Assembly (NCBI GenBank): GCA_964016885.1
Contig: CAXHJY010000614.1
Location: 8,249-72,248, forward strand
DNA from: Eledone cirrhosa
Lineage: Eukaryota
DNA length: 64,000 nt
Direction: 5' to 3'
Shown here: in pieces, positions 1-13,500 of the stretch
How the letters are laid out: every line of letters begins with the position of its first letter
Numbering within the stretch: position 1 is the stretch's first letter
Position numbers and translations under genes: made by a program
The notes under the pieces: generated by a model
Told to the model about the DNA's origin: nothing
Seen by the model: the letters and a program-made list of their open reading frames with translations, nothing else
Databases searched by the model: none

Positions 1-2865
1 CTTAAACTCAATATAGTACCTCTCTAACTGTTTCGATTTCCCTTTCCTCCTTTTCTTTTTCCTTTTATCTCACTTATTCTTATCTGTCTCTCTCTCTCTT
101 TCTCATTCCTACAGCTTCACTCTCTTCTCTTCTAGCCACTCTCACCAAAACGAACTACTTCATCGTCACACTTTAGTATCATATCACTACGCGCGTGATC
201 TGATCAACACCAACTTATATAAATTAATGAAATCTCTTTTCTACATTAAACATTTGATATTTATTTTCTTTCCATTTTTATTCTATTCTCTTCAACTCAT
301 AACCCAGATAGCGAATATCAAAATTGCAAAGCAAAAAAAAAAAATATGAAAGAAAATCAATTTAATTAATATATAAAAATAATAATTGATGACCCATGAG
401 GTCATCGGGTCTAATAAATAAATCACTTTACAAAAATATATTAAGAGAAATTATTTTCCTGTATTTATTCTAAGAAAAAAAAAAAGATACAACGTAATAT
501 TTTTGCCAGAAAAATAATTGACACAGTAATTAGGACTGTTGTTTAAGCAGTGTTTACAATTATTGGATACGTTGAAAATAAAAGCAAAACCATCGGAGAA
601 ACGAGAATAGAGTGAAATGCGCTTCATTGATCTTTGGTAAAACAGATAGGAGTGAGTGAATGAGAAATAGTGAGAGAGCATATAGATATGTTTCTTTATT
701 GAGAGAATATAGATAGATAGGTGGATTGAGGTAGAGCATGAGGATATATATATATATACGTATACGTATATATATATATAGAGAGAGAGAGAGAAAGAAA
801 GCTAGTTAGATAGACAAAGAGTTAGCTAGCTACTCTAGTTTAATTCAATTTATAATCGTTGCATTTAAGTACATCAAAAAGTCATTAGTAAGTAAGCTAA
901 TTAGAAAGAGAGAGAGAGGACCGAAGATAGACAGACAAGCGATGAATAGATAAAAAAAAAAAAAAGGTAGATAGATGTACTTTGTGGATTAAAATAAATA
1001 TATTGGAAGGATATATTTGCTAATGAGGTTCTCAGCGGAAAGGACAGCGTTTCATATCCTGTCACCTGTCTCTGACTCAGATTCTCAACTCTGGAAATGC
1101 CAAATCATTTAACTATAAATGGAGTACCATGCAAATCCACACAACTAATCGCTAGACGAAAGGGTCACTATAGCATTTAATCGGTTTCCTACTTTGGCAC
1201 AAGGCCACAATTCTACGAGGGAATCGGAAATTATATCCAGTGACATTTATGCCTTTCTCAAGGGCACTAGCAGTCTAAGTTTTTGTGGTTAGGGTGTTCG
1301 GCTCACAATCGTGTGGTCGTCAGTTCGATCCCCAGCGCGTTGTATCCTTGTGAAAAAAATTATATCACAGGTGAAAATAAGTTGTACCTGTAATCCAAAG
1401 ACTGTTTCATTGGTTAAGCAACTGGAGCATTTGTCGTCGAAATCAACGAAAATGTAACATACCTGATTCAAGTGTAACAGGTCTTTACAAGGTCACTCGA
1501 CCTGCAAGAAAAGCAAACAGAGTGGTCATGGCTAGAGCGTCTCAGGTCATTGGCTGGTGGATTAGATCTTACTTAAAGCTAAACAACAACGGCATTAATT
1601 TATGCTATAAAATAATTAAAAGAGTGAACTAATTTTTAATCTTGCTGTAATGAGATCAGGTCTGCACACCTCAACCATGATCTAAGGATGTGTGTGTATG
1701 CGAAAGAGAGACAAATAGATAGGTGAGACGAGATCGACCCAACAATGTTTGATCTCTTGTTGAGTCATCTCACTTCACTTCCTTCACGTACATGCAATTT
1801 CTGGTCACAGTCATGAGTCTGGAGAAGGAAGCAATTTAATAAGATTGGCTTTGCTTATGCTTGTAAAGACAAAGCTTTCCATTATAATCCAACGAACTTT
1901 TACCATTTTGATAACCCAACCACAAGTAACTGTCCTTGGTTTTATTATACAAAACTTTATTTTAAAGTGTTTATATCTATCTAAACACCTTCCATCATAA
2001 TCTTAGATAAGAACCTTTAAGTTATGTTCCACACACAAGCTTGATAAGGAGGAAGTCAGTTCTATTACTAAATCTCTCCAAATTCTTCATTATATTCAAA
2101 ATTATTTGAAATCAGAGGCCATGTCTTTCATTAGAAATATGGTAAACAAAGGGTTGATCAAGTTTAATGAGATTTGAACTTATAAAGTGACATAAGACTG
2201 AATACAGCTTCTACCATGTTTCATAGTAAGAAAGGCAAATAGGCTCCATTTTATGAATAGGTACCATAGAGGGGTGTGGCTGACATTAAAATGTTTACTA
2301 TCATCATCATCACCATTTAATGTCTATTTTTCCATGCTTGCTTTGGTTAGACTGGTTTTGTATTTTGGCTTGGTTTCTACAGCTGGATGCCCTTCCTAAC
2401 ATCAACAAGGTTACAAGTGTGAACAGAGATCTTTTTTACCATGGCACAAAAACAAAGTGTTTTTATCGTCATGTCACTAACATGAATACCTTACAGGGTG
2501 GGCTGGATGCTTTTGTTGTTGGACCAGATCAGCATACAGGGTGGATTTAGTGCTTTTTTGTGACAATAACATTGTGGGCCATCAGATGTAAAGCAAGTCC
2601 AGATTTTATACTTGTATGTATCATGCAATGACATTTGCGTTTTCGTCAGTATGTAACTAAATGATATCATATGTGAGATACCATAGAATACAGTATGGTG
2701 TGATGTTGGTGATAGGATATATACATATTTTATAATAATAATGGAAATTATTGTGTACAGTGCTCAGGTGCACTACAATTCATCAAAGGTGTATGTATAG
2801 TACATGGAATAATGTACAAATGTCAGGAAAGTGAACAGTGTATGAGTCATGATATATACACAGAT

Positions 2866-3373
2866 AGTTATGTTGGTGCCACAACATCCAGGCCGAAACA
2901 AATGAGATCGTGTAGGTGTCACGACAAAAAAACACACAGTCCACGCTGTAATGTGGCCGTGTAGGCAACACGGTAAAAACCTCCCAGCCCCACACTGTAA
3001 ATGTGGTTGGTGTTAGGAAGGGCATCCAGCTGTAGAAAACCCGCCAGACAGTCCATGCTGTAATGTGGCCGTGTAGGCAACACGGTAAAAACCTCCCAGT
3101 CCCACACTGTAAATGTGGTTGGTCTTAGGAAGGGCATCCAGCTGTAGAAAACCCGCCAGACAGTCCACGCTGTAATGTGGCCGTTTAGGCAACACGGTAA
3201 AAACCTCCCAGTCCCACACTGTAAATGTGGTTGGTGTTAGGAAGGGCATCCAGCTGTAGAAAACCCGCCAGACAGTCCTATACGAGCAAGACAATCACTC
3301 TTGCCTCAAGTGGGAAAACCCCCGTCCAAACCCATGCAAGCGTGGAACACGGACGTTAAACGTTGATGATGAT
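2866..3373 (+). mobile_element. RTE 3' UTR fragment with internal 3 x 112-bp tandem repeat (2936-3271)
   Basis: Near-identical to 41427-41705; unit bounded by acagtcc microhomology. Confidence 0.92.
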
Positions 3374-3419
3374 GTGTGGTGTATACCTATAGTTTACATA
3401 TGGGATATAGGGTGGCATT

Positions 3420-4520
3420 TCTAAATACTGCTTTCCAGCAAACTGAGCAAGGCCGGGAGATCTGAGCCCTGTTTTCCTTTCTACTAACTAGGACTTTAGT
3501 TTTTGTTAAGTTAACTTTAAGACATTTTGATTCTAGGCTATGCTTTCATTTTTGGAACTTATTCTCTAATTCTACCATAGATATGGCTATGAGGGTTAGA
3601 TAATCTGCATATAGGAGTTCCCATAGGCAACAATCTTGAACTCTTCTGTTATAGCCTGCAGCATGAAAATAAGCAGCTGAGGCCTAAGAACATGGCTCTG
3701 ATAGACTCCTACTTGCACACTAAATTCTTCACTATAACCATTGTTAATTCTAACCTTGCTGACTGCTCCTCTATACATGGTTTGTACTGGCTTCACAAGC
3801 CACTCATCTACCACTAGTTTCCTAAGACCCCACCAGATTGTGGAAGTGAATCCCTGTCAAAAGATTTCTCCAGGGCAACAAATGCCAACTAGAGAGTTTT
3901 ACTTTTAGCTAGGTACTTCTCCCGCAGTTGCCTCACAAGGAAGAGGACATCAGTGGTACTTTTACCTGGCACAAATCCAAACTGCTTCACCTCTAGGTTA
4001 ACTTGGTCCCTAATAAACTGTGCTATAACTCTGTGTCCTTTATGATCTGGTCTATCAACTTATTGCTTCTATAGTTTTCTCTGTCTAGTGCTTCCCCTTT
4101 GCCCTACTACATGTTATTGGGTATGACACCATTTTGTATTACTTGGTTTACGATACTGGTCATTAAGTTGTGACCGACCATCCTAGATGCTTTTAGTATC
4201 TCAGCAACTCTCCTCAATAGTCCAGCTGCTTTCCTATCTTTGTATCCTTTACTTACTATGTTGCTGCTGACTTGTACAGCTGGTCCCTCTGTTGGGTCAA
4301 CTTGGGGCAGATTATCTTCCTCCCATGCATTCTCCTCATTCAGTAATCTTCACAATGGCACATGCATGTTCATTTCTTTTCAACATCAATGGCACATGCA
4401 CCATTATCATCTCAGACACACTTATCCCCAACAACATTACAATTCTCTTTGATGCGCTGCCTTGCAATCCTGAACACCTCACATTTTGGGGCCTCAAGTT
4501 ACAAAATATGTTTTTTATTT
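3420..4520 (-). mobile_element. Degenerate RTE LINE RT fragment
   Basis: VDEWLVK.VQTMYRGAVSKVRINNGYSEEFSVQVGV.Q with frameshifts and stops. Confidence 0.85.
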
Positions 4521-4924
4521 TCTGCTTCCCTCCTTAAAACTCTTAACCCAATACACACTCCACCCCACACCCCCTACTCCATCCTCCCACCCTTTCTCTG
4601 TAAAGTTATGTTGGTACCACAGAACATCCAACCCACATTGTAAAGTGGTCGTGTAGGTGACACGAAAAAAAGGACCCAGTCCACACTATAAAGTGGTTGT
4701 GTAGAAGTCATGGTAAAAAGGCTCCCAGTCCACACTGTAAATGTGGTTGGCATTAGGAAGGGCATCCAGCTGTAGAAAACCTGCCAGAAACAGTTCTATA
4801 CGAGTGAGACACGGTTACCCGACCAATCTTGTCTCAAGTGGGACAAACCCACCCATGTTAGCATGGAAGATGGACATTAAACAATGATGATGATGATGAT
4901 GATATATATATATATATATATATA

Positions 4925-5757
4925 TCATCATCATCATCATCATCATCATCATCGTTTAACGTCCGTGTTCCACGCTTGCATGGGTTTGGACGGGGGTTTT
5001 CCCACTTGAGGCAAGAGTGATTGTCTTGCTCACATAGGACTGTCTGGCAGGTTTTCTACAGTTGGATGCCCTTCCTAACACCAACCACATTTACAGTGTG
5101 GGTCTGGGAGGTTTTTACCGTGTTGCCTACACGGCCACATTACAGCGTGGACTGTGTGTTTTTTTGTCGTGACACCTACACGATCTCATTTGTTTCGGCC
5201 TGGATGGTGTGGCACCAACATAACTTTACATAGAGGGGGCGGTGTGGATGGGGTGGGGGTGGTGGGACGGGGGTGTATTTTGTTAGAGATGCCTACTGAC
5301 TGTAGTAGGTTTTACTTTGTATTTAGGTAAGGCGGGTCTTCTCTATTACTGAGTACCGCCAAAGGTCTCGGTCCAGTGACATTGTCTTGGTGAGGTGTAA
5401 CTGTGTGAGGTCGGAGTTTATCAGCTCGTCCCAGGTTTTTCTGGGTCTGCCTATTCCGTGGCTACCGTCTATCTTTATTGCCCTGCACTTTGTTATACAG
5501 CTATCGTCCTTCATGTGCATCACGTGACCATACCAACGTAGCCTTCTCTCTAGTAAACAACATCTGATCCCTCTTATTTCTAATTTTTTTCCTTAGTTCG
5601 TTTATGCTTTGTCGTTCACGTATATTACTATTACACATCCAGCGGAGCATGCAAGCTTCGTTTCTCTCTAGTCTGCGTATATCCTCTGCACACAATGCCC
5701 AGGTCTCACTGCCATGCAACATTGCTGTTCGTATGCAGGCATCGTACAACCTGCCTT
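4925..5757 (-). mobile_element. Young RTE 3' fragment, tail-to-tail with a + strand RTE tail ending near 4903
   Basis: Near-identical to the reverse complement of 40922-41727; (CAT)n at 4925-4953. Confidence 0.93.
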
Positions 5758-6279
5758 ATATATATACATCTGTGGTGATAACGGCCTAGATTCAGGTAAC
5801 TAACCGAAAACACCTGAGCTTATGATTGATCCTCTACTTCACAAATAAAAAAATATATATATACATATATGTATTCATATACTGTGTTAATATATGTATG
5901 TATGTATATACATTTGAAAGGCATCTAGCCATAGAAACCAACCCAGAAACATTTCTGAATGAGCAAGACACGGTCACCTGACCCAACTTGCCTCAAATGG
6001 GACAACCTGTCTAACCCATGTTAGCGTAGAAAATAGATGTTAAAGAATAATGATGATGATATATATGAGGGGCGGCTGAAAAGTTCATAGGCTGAGCAAG
6101 ATGCTCACATAGAATGACTGAATGGGGTTTATTTTTTTTATATAGTCTCTGGAAAGAAACAGTGCAGTTATTAATAAGAAGTGCAGTTATTAATAAGAAT
6201 TAATCATGCAAGATTTCACAGCTCTAGCATCACTCTAGTCAGCCGACTCTTGTATATATATATTGATGGAAGCTATTGA

Positions 6280-6862
6280 GTAGGAAGACCTGGGATGAGG
6301 TGATAAAAGCTGACCTTGCACAATTGCACCTTTCAAAGACAATGACACAGGATCGAGATCTTTGACGTTATGCAGTAATACATGTACAAACACACATCTT
6401 GTAGGTACTTCTTAAATTACTATACTCCCTTCCATACACCCTCACACCCACTCCAGTCCACACTACCCTTGCACTGTAAAGTTATGTTGGTATCACAAAA
6501 AGCATCCACCCCACACTATAAAGTGGTCATGTAGGTGTTGTGACAAAAAGCATCCAGCCCACACTGGAAAGTGGTCGTGTAGGAGTCACAACAAAAAAAA
6601 CCCAGCCCTCACTGTAAAGTGGTCATGTTGGTGTCATGACAAAAAGCACCCAGTCCACACTGTAGGGTGGTCGTGGAGGAGTCACGACAAAAAGCACCCA
6701 GCACACATTGTAAATATGGTTGACATTAGGAAGGGCATCCAGAAATCTATCCAGAAACAGTTCTATATAAGCAAGACACGGTCACCTGACCCAACTTGCT
6801 TCAAATGAGACAACCCATGCCAGAACGCAGAAAGTAGACGTTAAACGATGGTGATGATGATA
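6280..6862 (+). mobile_element. RTE 3' end with five ~48-bp twin-hairpin repeats (6505-6720)
   Basis: [17 protein letters not shown]; repeated ccacactgtaaagtgg-tcgtgtaggtgtcacgac-aaaaagcacccag. Confidence 0.85.
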
Positions 6863-7423
6863 TATGTCAAAACAATATTTATTTTATTAATATTGTTTTG
6901 ATGTTGCATCTATATTGTACTGGAACTGTTCTGATCTTGTATCGATAGTTTTGATATTGTGACTAAAAACTCAATAAAATAAATCAGTGTGGAGCAGATG
7001 TGGGCTCTGTAAGATGAAAATATAGAAAACCCAGATGGGTTTTCTACATTTTCATCTTACAGAGCCACTTTGAATAAAAACCGATACATGTTAGGGAGAG
7101 CCTTTCAGTTTGGTAAGACAACCTTTCTAGTGCTATTGGCATGAATAATACACCAAGTGCACACTCTAAAATGATTGGTGATAGGAAGGGCATCCAGCCA
7201 GTAAAATCTTGCCAATACTATGCAATGTACAACACAAAGCTCTTACTAACTGCTTATAAAGGACTAACACTAATCATTAGTGCTGGGCACAGTAATTGGG
7301 AGGCTGACTTAGCCATGTGTGAAATTAGGGAAAAGTATTTTCGAAATTACACTGGTGCACTTAACATCACTGATACTCAAAAATAAAGAGACCTGGAAAT
7401 GCTATTATGAGAGGTTAATGAAT

Positions 7424-7743
7424 CACATGGCTTAGTGGTTAGAGCATTGGCCTCGCAATCGAAAGGTTGTGAGTTCAATTCTCAGACCAGGTGATGTGTT
7501 GTTTCCTTGAGCAAGACACTTTATTTCACATTGGTCCAGTTTACTCAGCTGTAGAAATGAGATGATAGGGACTGGGGTCCATATCATTCCACTGCAAAGT
7601 GGTCGTGGAGGTGCCACGGCAAAAAAGCACCCAGCACTCACTGTAAATGAGGTTGGTGTTAGGAAGGACATCCAGCTGTAGAAACCAAGCCAAAATCAGT
7701 TCCCGTCCAACCCTTGCAAGCAGGGAAAAAGCGGACTCTAAAA
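7424..7743 (+). mobile_element. tRNA-derived SINE with RTE-derived 3' tail
   Basis: A box TGGCTTAGTGGTTAG, B box GAGTTCAATTC, core ttgagcaagacactttattt, tail shared with the RTE 3' UTR. Confidence 0.88.
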
Positions 7744-7749
7744 GAGAAA

Positions 7750-9390
7750 AAGAGAAGAATGAATGGAAGGAAGACCACCCTCATCTGACCCAACAAAGGG
7801 TCCAGCTATTGGAATCATCAGTTATAGTGTCAATGAAGCAATCTAGGAGAAATGGTTAAGCTGTAGGACCATCTGAGGTAGTCACTGAGATGCTGAAAGT
7901 ATATGGGGAAGTATTTAATGAGTCACATACACAGTCAATCAGAAATACAAGATGACGTCATAACCAATGACAAATCGTTATAAGGGAAAAGGTGATGTTA
8001 TAGAAAAGAACAACTACAGGGGAATAAAACGAATGGATGACATTATGAAAATGACAGAAAGAGTTCTAATACAACTAATTAGGAAAGAGTGAAATTAGAT
8101 GAGATGCAATTTTGGTTTCATGCCAGGGAGGAGCACCACAGATGCCCTCATTTTAGTAAGACAAATACAAGATAAGTTCTTAGCTAAAAGAAATCCTCTA
8201 TATATAGTTTTTGTTGATCTAGAGAAAGCCTTTAACAGAGTACTCCAATCAGTCATCTAGCAAGCCTTAAGGAAATTAGGTGAAGAGTGGCTTGTAAGGG
8301 CAGTGCAGGCCATGTACAGAGGAGCTGTAAGTAAAGCGAGACATTCAAGGTATAGGTAGAAGTGTATCAAGGTTCAGTTCTTAGCCCACTTGTTTATTCT
8401 AGTACTATAGGCCATAACAGAGGAGTTTAAGACTGGTTGCCCATAGGAACTTCTGTGGAAGAACTAGAGAATAAATTCCTGCTATGGAAATAGAACTTAG
8501 AATCAAAAGGGCTTAAAAGTAAATTTAACAAAAACTAAAATGTTAATAAGTAGTAAAGAAGACAAGATACTAATCTCATCAGGGAAGTGACCTTGCTCAA
8601 TAGAAAAAAAGTAGGCATAAACTATGTGATGTACACAATACAAATCTTGGGTACACAAGAGATGTAGTGGGATAATAGGCAGACTAATAGGAAAGGAAGA
8701 CTTCGCAAGAAGTAGATATTCAGTGACAATTGATAGTAAGTGTGCCAATAATAATAATCAAATAATAAATAATTGTTTCTACTTTAGGCACAAGGCCAGC
8801 AATTACCTAGTACATTACTGGTACAATAATATAAGCTTTTTCCAATTCCAGAAAGGATCTATAGAAATCGTTGATAGCTTAGGTGACATAATTAGCAGAG
8901 GGAGGGTGCTTGGAAAGCATAGTAGCTAGAATAAGGACAGGATGAAAGAAGTTTAGGGAACTGCTAACCTGGCTAAAAACAAACGTATTCTACTTATGAA
9001 CAAAAGGTCGGTTGTATGACGCCTGTGTGCATAGTGTCATGCTGTATGGTAGTGAGACATGTGGAGGATGGAGAGATATGAGTTAAGCATGCTTTGATTG
9101 ATGTGCAATGTCAATGTGAGAAAACGACAAGGCACGGATGAATTGAGAGAGAAACTGGGTATAAGAGGAATCAGATGTAGTGTTCAAGAGAGGAGACTGT
9201 GCTGGTAAGGTCATATGATGCGCATGAATGTTGATCACTGGGTGAAGAAGTGCCAAGTAATCCCAGTGGAAGGAAGCTGCAGTAGATGAAGACCTGGATG
9301 GAAGTAGTGAAAGCTGATGTCAGATAGCTAAAGCTCGAGGTGATGATAAAAGAGCGCGACAAGCATGGCACGGAAGTATGATGATGATGA
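7750..9390 (+). mobile_element. Old degenerate RTE LINE RT region
   Basis: NYRGIK, QFGFMPGRSTTDA, FVDLEKAF, QGSVLSP remnants; (GAT)n end. Confidence 0.88.
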
Positions 9391-10289
9391 TATATATACA
9401 TATACACATATGTATATATATATATATATATATACACACACATAAACATGTAAATGTACATAAAGTCACCAGATTTACTTTGAGTGTTGACCATCTGGTC
9501 AAGCTCTCGAACTGGAAAAATGGGCACTACATATACACACATATGTGTGTGTGTGCGTATATAAATATATATATGCGTGGAATCAGGCGACAACACCTTG
9601 CTCCAACGCCGACAAGCCCCAAACTACAATTACGTCATAATATGAAACAGTACAGCTGCTGCTGTTAAACACTAGTCCAGAACCCAGAGTATTAACAAAA
9701 TCATAGTTACTAAACAAATAGAAGTAATTTTATTTTGTTTTAGCTGTGCCAATATTGGTATTTTATTTTGTTTGGTGGGTTATCTAAATAAAAATATTTA
9801 AATGAATAACAAATAAAATAAACAGGGGTGTCTAGGGAAGTAGCATTTCAGCGAGATTTCATTATTAATATTATAGAGCTTTGTTTAGCATAAGCTTAAG
9901 TTAGATTGTAATTTATCATTAACATTACTTTTTTTCTAATGATAGTACATCCTCAATACACACAAAAATAATAATTATCAATGCCAAAAGAAAAAAATAT
10001 GATTTAGTCAACATAGTTACACAGGCACGAGATTTAATTATTTTTGTTTTTGTAATCTCACTCGTTTACGAGAGTATAAAAAAAAATCAGGTGTGGTTTT
10101 TTATTAATATATATTTGAATATTAATCGATTTTTTTCTTTTGATCAATAAAATTTGTTTAACGTCGTAATTAAATAATAATGAAATTATTATAAATTCTG
10201 TAGAGACTATATAGTAATGAAAGGAAAAAAATAAAAATCTTACTATTATTTCTTAAGTCCTTTGAAACACGTCTACGACAGTGGGGATG

Positions 10290-10330
10290 TGCGCATGCTC
10301 TATGACATGTAAGGTCGTTGCTAAGGTCAC
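10290..10330 (+). promoter_or_regulatory. Candidate ciliary-gene promoter: NRF1-like TGCGCATGC (10290-10298) and RFX X-box GTTGCTAAGGTCAC (10317-10330)
   Basis: Motif resemblance ~90-130 nt upstream of the putative start codon of a ciliary gene. Confidence 0.5.
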
Positions 10331-10417
10331 GAAAGACACGCTTCCTGCGTTCACCAATTTAGTTGATTGAAGATAAAGTGCAGATATAGACACAGACAAC
10401 TACAAACAAAGAGAGAA

Positions 10418-10537
10418 ATGTGTGAAAAAAATATCGAACCCAGCACAACACAACAGGCTTCTCATTCAGATGAGGGTTTGATCTGTGATAATCGCGGGCT
10501 GAATAAAGACAACAGTTCAAAGCCGTCGTTCAACTAT
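10418..10537 (+). CDS. EFHB: Putative EFHB coding exon 1 ([11 protein letters not shown]...KPSFNY)
   Basis: ATG at 10418 in non-repetitive sequence downstream of promoter-like motifs; strong donor TAT|GTAAGT at 10537/10538; phase 0. No recognisable homology. Confidence 0.55.
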
Positions 10538-13500
10538 GTAAGTATGATGGATGTAAACATGGCACAAACCAACACATTGTGTGAGGAAAATATATATTGG
10601 AGAGTGAAATTTGGGGAAGATTTGACTGCTATTTTTAGCCGGTCGAACGACAACGTAAAGCCTTTCACGGAAAGTTGTTTAACCCCAGGTTGTTCATGAT
10701 TAAGCAGACGTATGATAAAACACGCTCCAGCCATGACCATTCTGTATTATCCAACACTACATCATACAACATAGTTTTAGACAATCTTTATATATATATA
10801 ATAAATTTGAGCATTTAATCATTACAAAATAATGAATAACACAGATATATATGTTTACTCAGCTGTAGAAATGAGATGATAGGGACTGGGGTCCATATCA
10901 TTCCACTGCAAAGTGGTCGTGGAAGTGCCACGCAAAAAAGCACCCAGCACTCACTGTAAATGAGATTGGTGTTAGGAAGGGCATCCAGCTGTAGAAATCA
11001 AGCCAAAATCAGTTTCCATCCCACCCTTGCAAGCAGGTAAAAAGCGGATGTAAAATGAAATGATGATATATATCTAATGGATAGATTGATTGACAGACAA
11101 ATAGACGATAGTTAGTCACAGTATTGTGATAGAGGTCACAGTAGAGTGTCAGAGGTTATAGATCAGTGGTGTCAAATGTCACAGCTATAATATAGAAGAC
11201 ATGTGACTGAATCTTGTCATGACACAACCCTTTTGATACTAAACCGCCTCTGGTTCTACATTAAAGCTCCGACGTCTGGCAACTGACTTAGTAGACACCT
11301 ACAAGATTTTTAACCATCTTTCCAACAACAACCCTGATCACCTTTTTGAATTCCATGTGTTCAACATCCGTGGATATGCTTACAAACTCAGAAAACATTT
11401 TTTCATGCTCAGAGTTGCTGAAGCATGGAACAAACTACCTGCATCAGTTGTTAGCTGTCGGGCCACTGCATCCTTCAAGACTTCCATGCTTCCCCCTCCA
11501 TACACATGCACGCATATGTGTGCTTTTGTCTATATCGTGACTCATACATTGTTCACTTTCCTGACATTTGTACATTATTTTAAGTACTATTAATTACCAG
11601 TAATGCACTGGGTAATTGCTGGCCTTGTGCCTAACGTAGAAACAATTATTTTAAGTACTATACATGCACCTTTGATGAATTGTAGTGCATCTGAACACTG
11701 TACATAATAATTTTCATTATTAAATACAAAACTTTATTTTAAAAGATTTACGAGATGTGTCAGAAAAGAAACATGACTAGAGTCGCAAAAAACATTTCAA
11801 ATCCAAATTACAAACTACAAGTTTTCCCCTTCAAATTAATCCCTCTCATGTCTAAACACACTTTCCTATCCTTTGCCACACCTAGAAGGATTCTCTACAG
11901 CTTTGTTGTCATGGCCATCATGATGGCTTCCACATCTGGAAAACGGGTCCCCTTGATGACCCTCTTCAGCTTGGGGAAAAGTAAAAATCACATGGAGCCA
12001 GGTTGGGTAAGTAGGGAGGTTGCTCTAGCACGGCGATGCTCTTCGCCAGATCTTCCCCATGCACAAATATTCAGTGATAATCTTCCAAACGCTGTTGTGG
12101 TTCATGCCTAGCTTATTTGTGATCACTCAACAGTCAGCCGACGATCACCATGCACTTATCGGTGGCCTCAGTCCTGCTCATTGAAGGGCTTCAGCTCCTA
12201 GAACCATCTTCCATATCCTCGCGTCTCTCTTTGAACTTTTTGTGCCACGCAAAAACCCGTGTGCATGGCATCATCTCATCCTCTATACACTTGCTTCAGT
12301 ATTCCAAGTGCTTCTGACAGAGTTATTTCCAGCTGCACTAGAAACTTCAGGTTGGTTCGTTGTTTTGTGTCCATTGCTCGATGGTCTAAAATTGAAGAGC
12401 TGTTAACAAAAACCCATGAAAAAACATAGAATGGCTGCAGAAAACAGATTATAGTCATATAATATTACGTCACATGGTAACGCAACCTGCTAATCCCTAC
12501 CCCACTCAGTACACTAAGTCCTGTTACTTTTTTGACACATCTCATATATTTATCTAAAAACCTTCTGTCATAACTTTATGCAAGAACCTTTGTTAAGTTA
12601 TGTTCCAAACAGCAATTTAATATTGCAAAAGTTAGTTATATTAAATCCCATCAAATTCTTGATTTTTTCAAAATTATTTGAAAATTATAGGCAGGTTAAC
12701 TATCATTCAAGCTAACCATAAATAGACTGTGGTACAAGGGGGAAATATGTAGCTCACCTACTTTGCAGGTCGTTTCACTGGTTTATCTTCTCCAGAATGA
12801 GGTATATCCGTGTCTGTAAGCGCCCAGCCTGACTCTACACTCTGACTAGAAAATATAACCACATGTCCCCTATGCACAGAGCAAAAATCACAACCTGCTT
12901 CCCCAAATGATTGTTGACAAAAGGGAGAAAGAGTCTTTGATGCTGCTACTGCTTCCTATTACGTCTCACCATCACGGCCTTCTCCTTCCAGCAAACCCCT
13001 CCGGCTTCATGATATCACTTACTTATGGCAAGGCCCCCAGCCCTATATAAACCCCTGATCTCATAGATCACCCCATATGAAACTCTGCCATCCATCCAGG
13101 AGCATGACACTCCTGCTGTGACCTGTGCAGAGCTGGGGAACTGCTTGCATACTTTCCTTCTTCATTGTCATCTATCAAATCGATGATCCTGTGGATGTTC
13201 AAGACATGATGCAGTGTTCCATCATGGACACTTTGCTTCAGGAATATGCCATGCACATTTGGTGACTTGACCCAAACTGTTTGAATGCAGGCCCTCTCCC
13301 TTCCACAGATTGCTGTGGTACTGTACATGAATGTTGCCATTCATATTTAAATATTGCTCTGTGTGGTACTGACTCCTTGCCTTAATCTGACCGAGGTGAC
13401 ATATTATATTAAGAGACTGCTCCTATTGGTGATATATGTCCCCTCTCTTACATGACCCTGATCATGTGATGGTGTCTCTCCAATTCCACTTGGCTTATAC

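Noticed and set aside
6505-6720. CRISPR-like array of hairpin repeats (also 40152-40326 and 2936-3271)
   Set aside because: Tandem units without unique spacers, embedded in eukaryotic LINE sequence, with no cas genes.
7424-7500. tRNA gene (also ~50897-50975)
   Set aside because: The A/B boxes run directly into a SINE body and LINE-derived tail, so this is a SINE head.
10367-10699. Stand-alone 110-aa single-exon gene
   Set aside because: A strong GTAAGT donor at 10538 and downstream compatible exons make it more likely EFHB exon 1 reading through into the intron.
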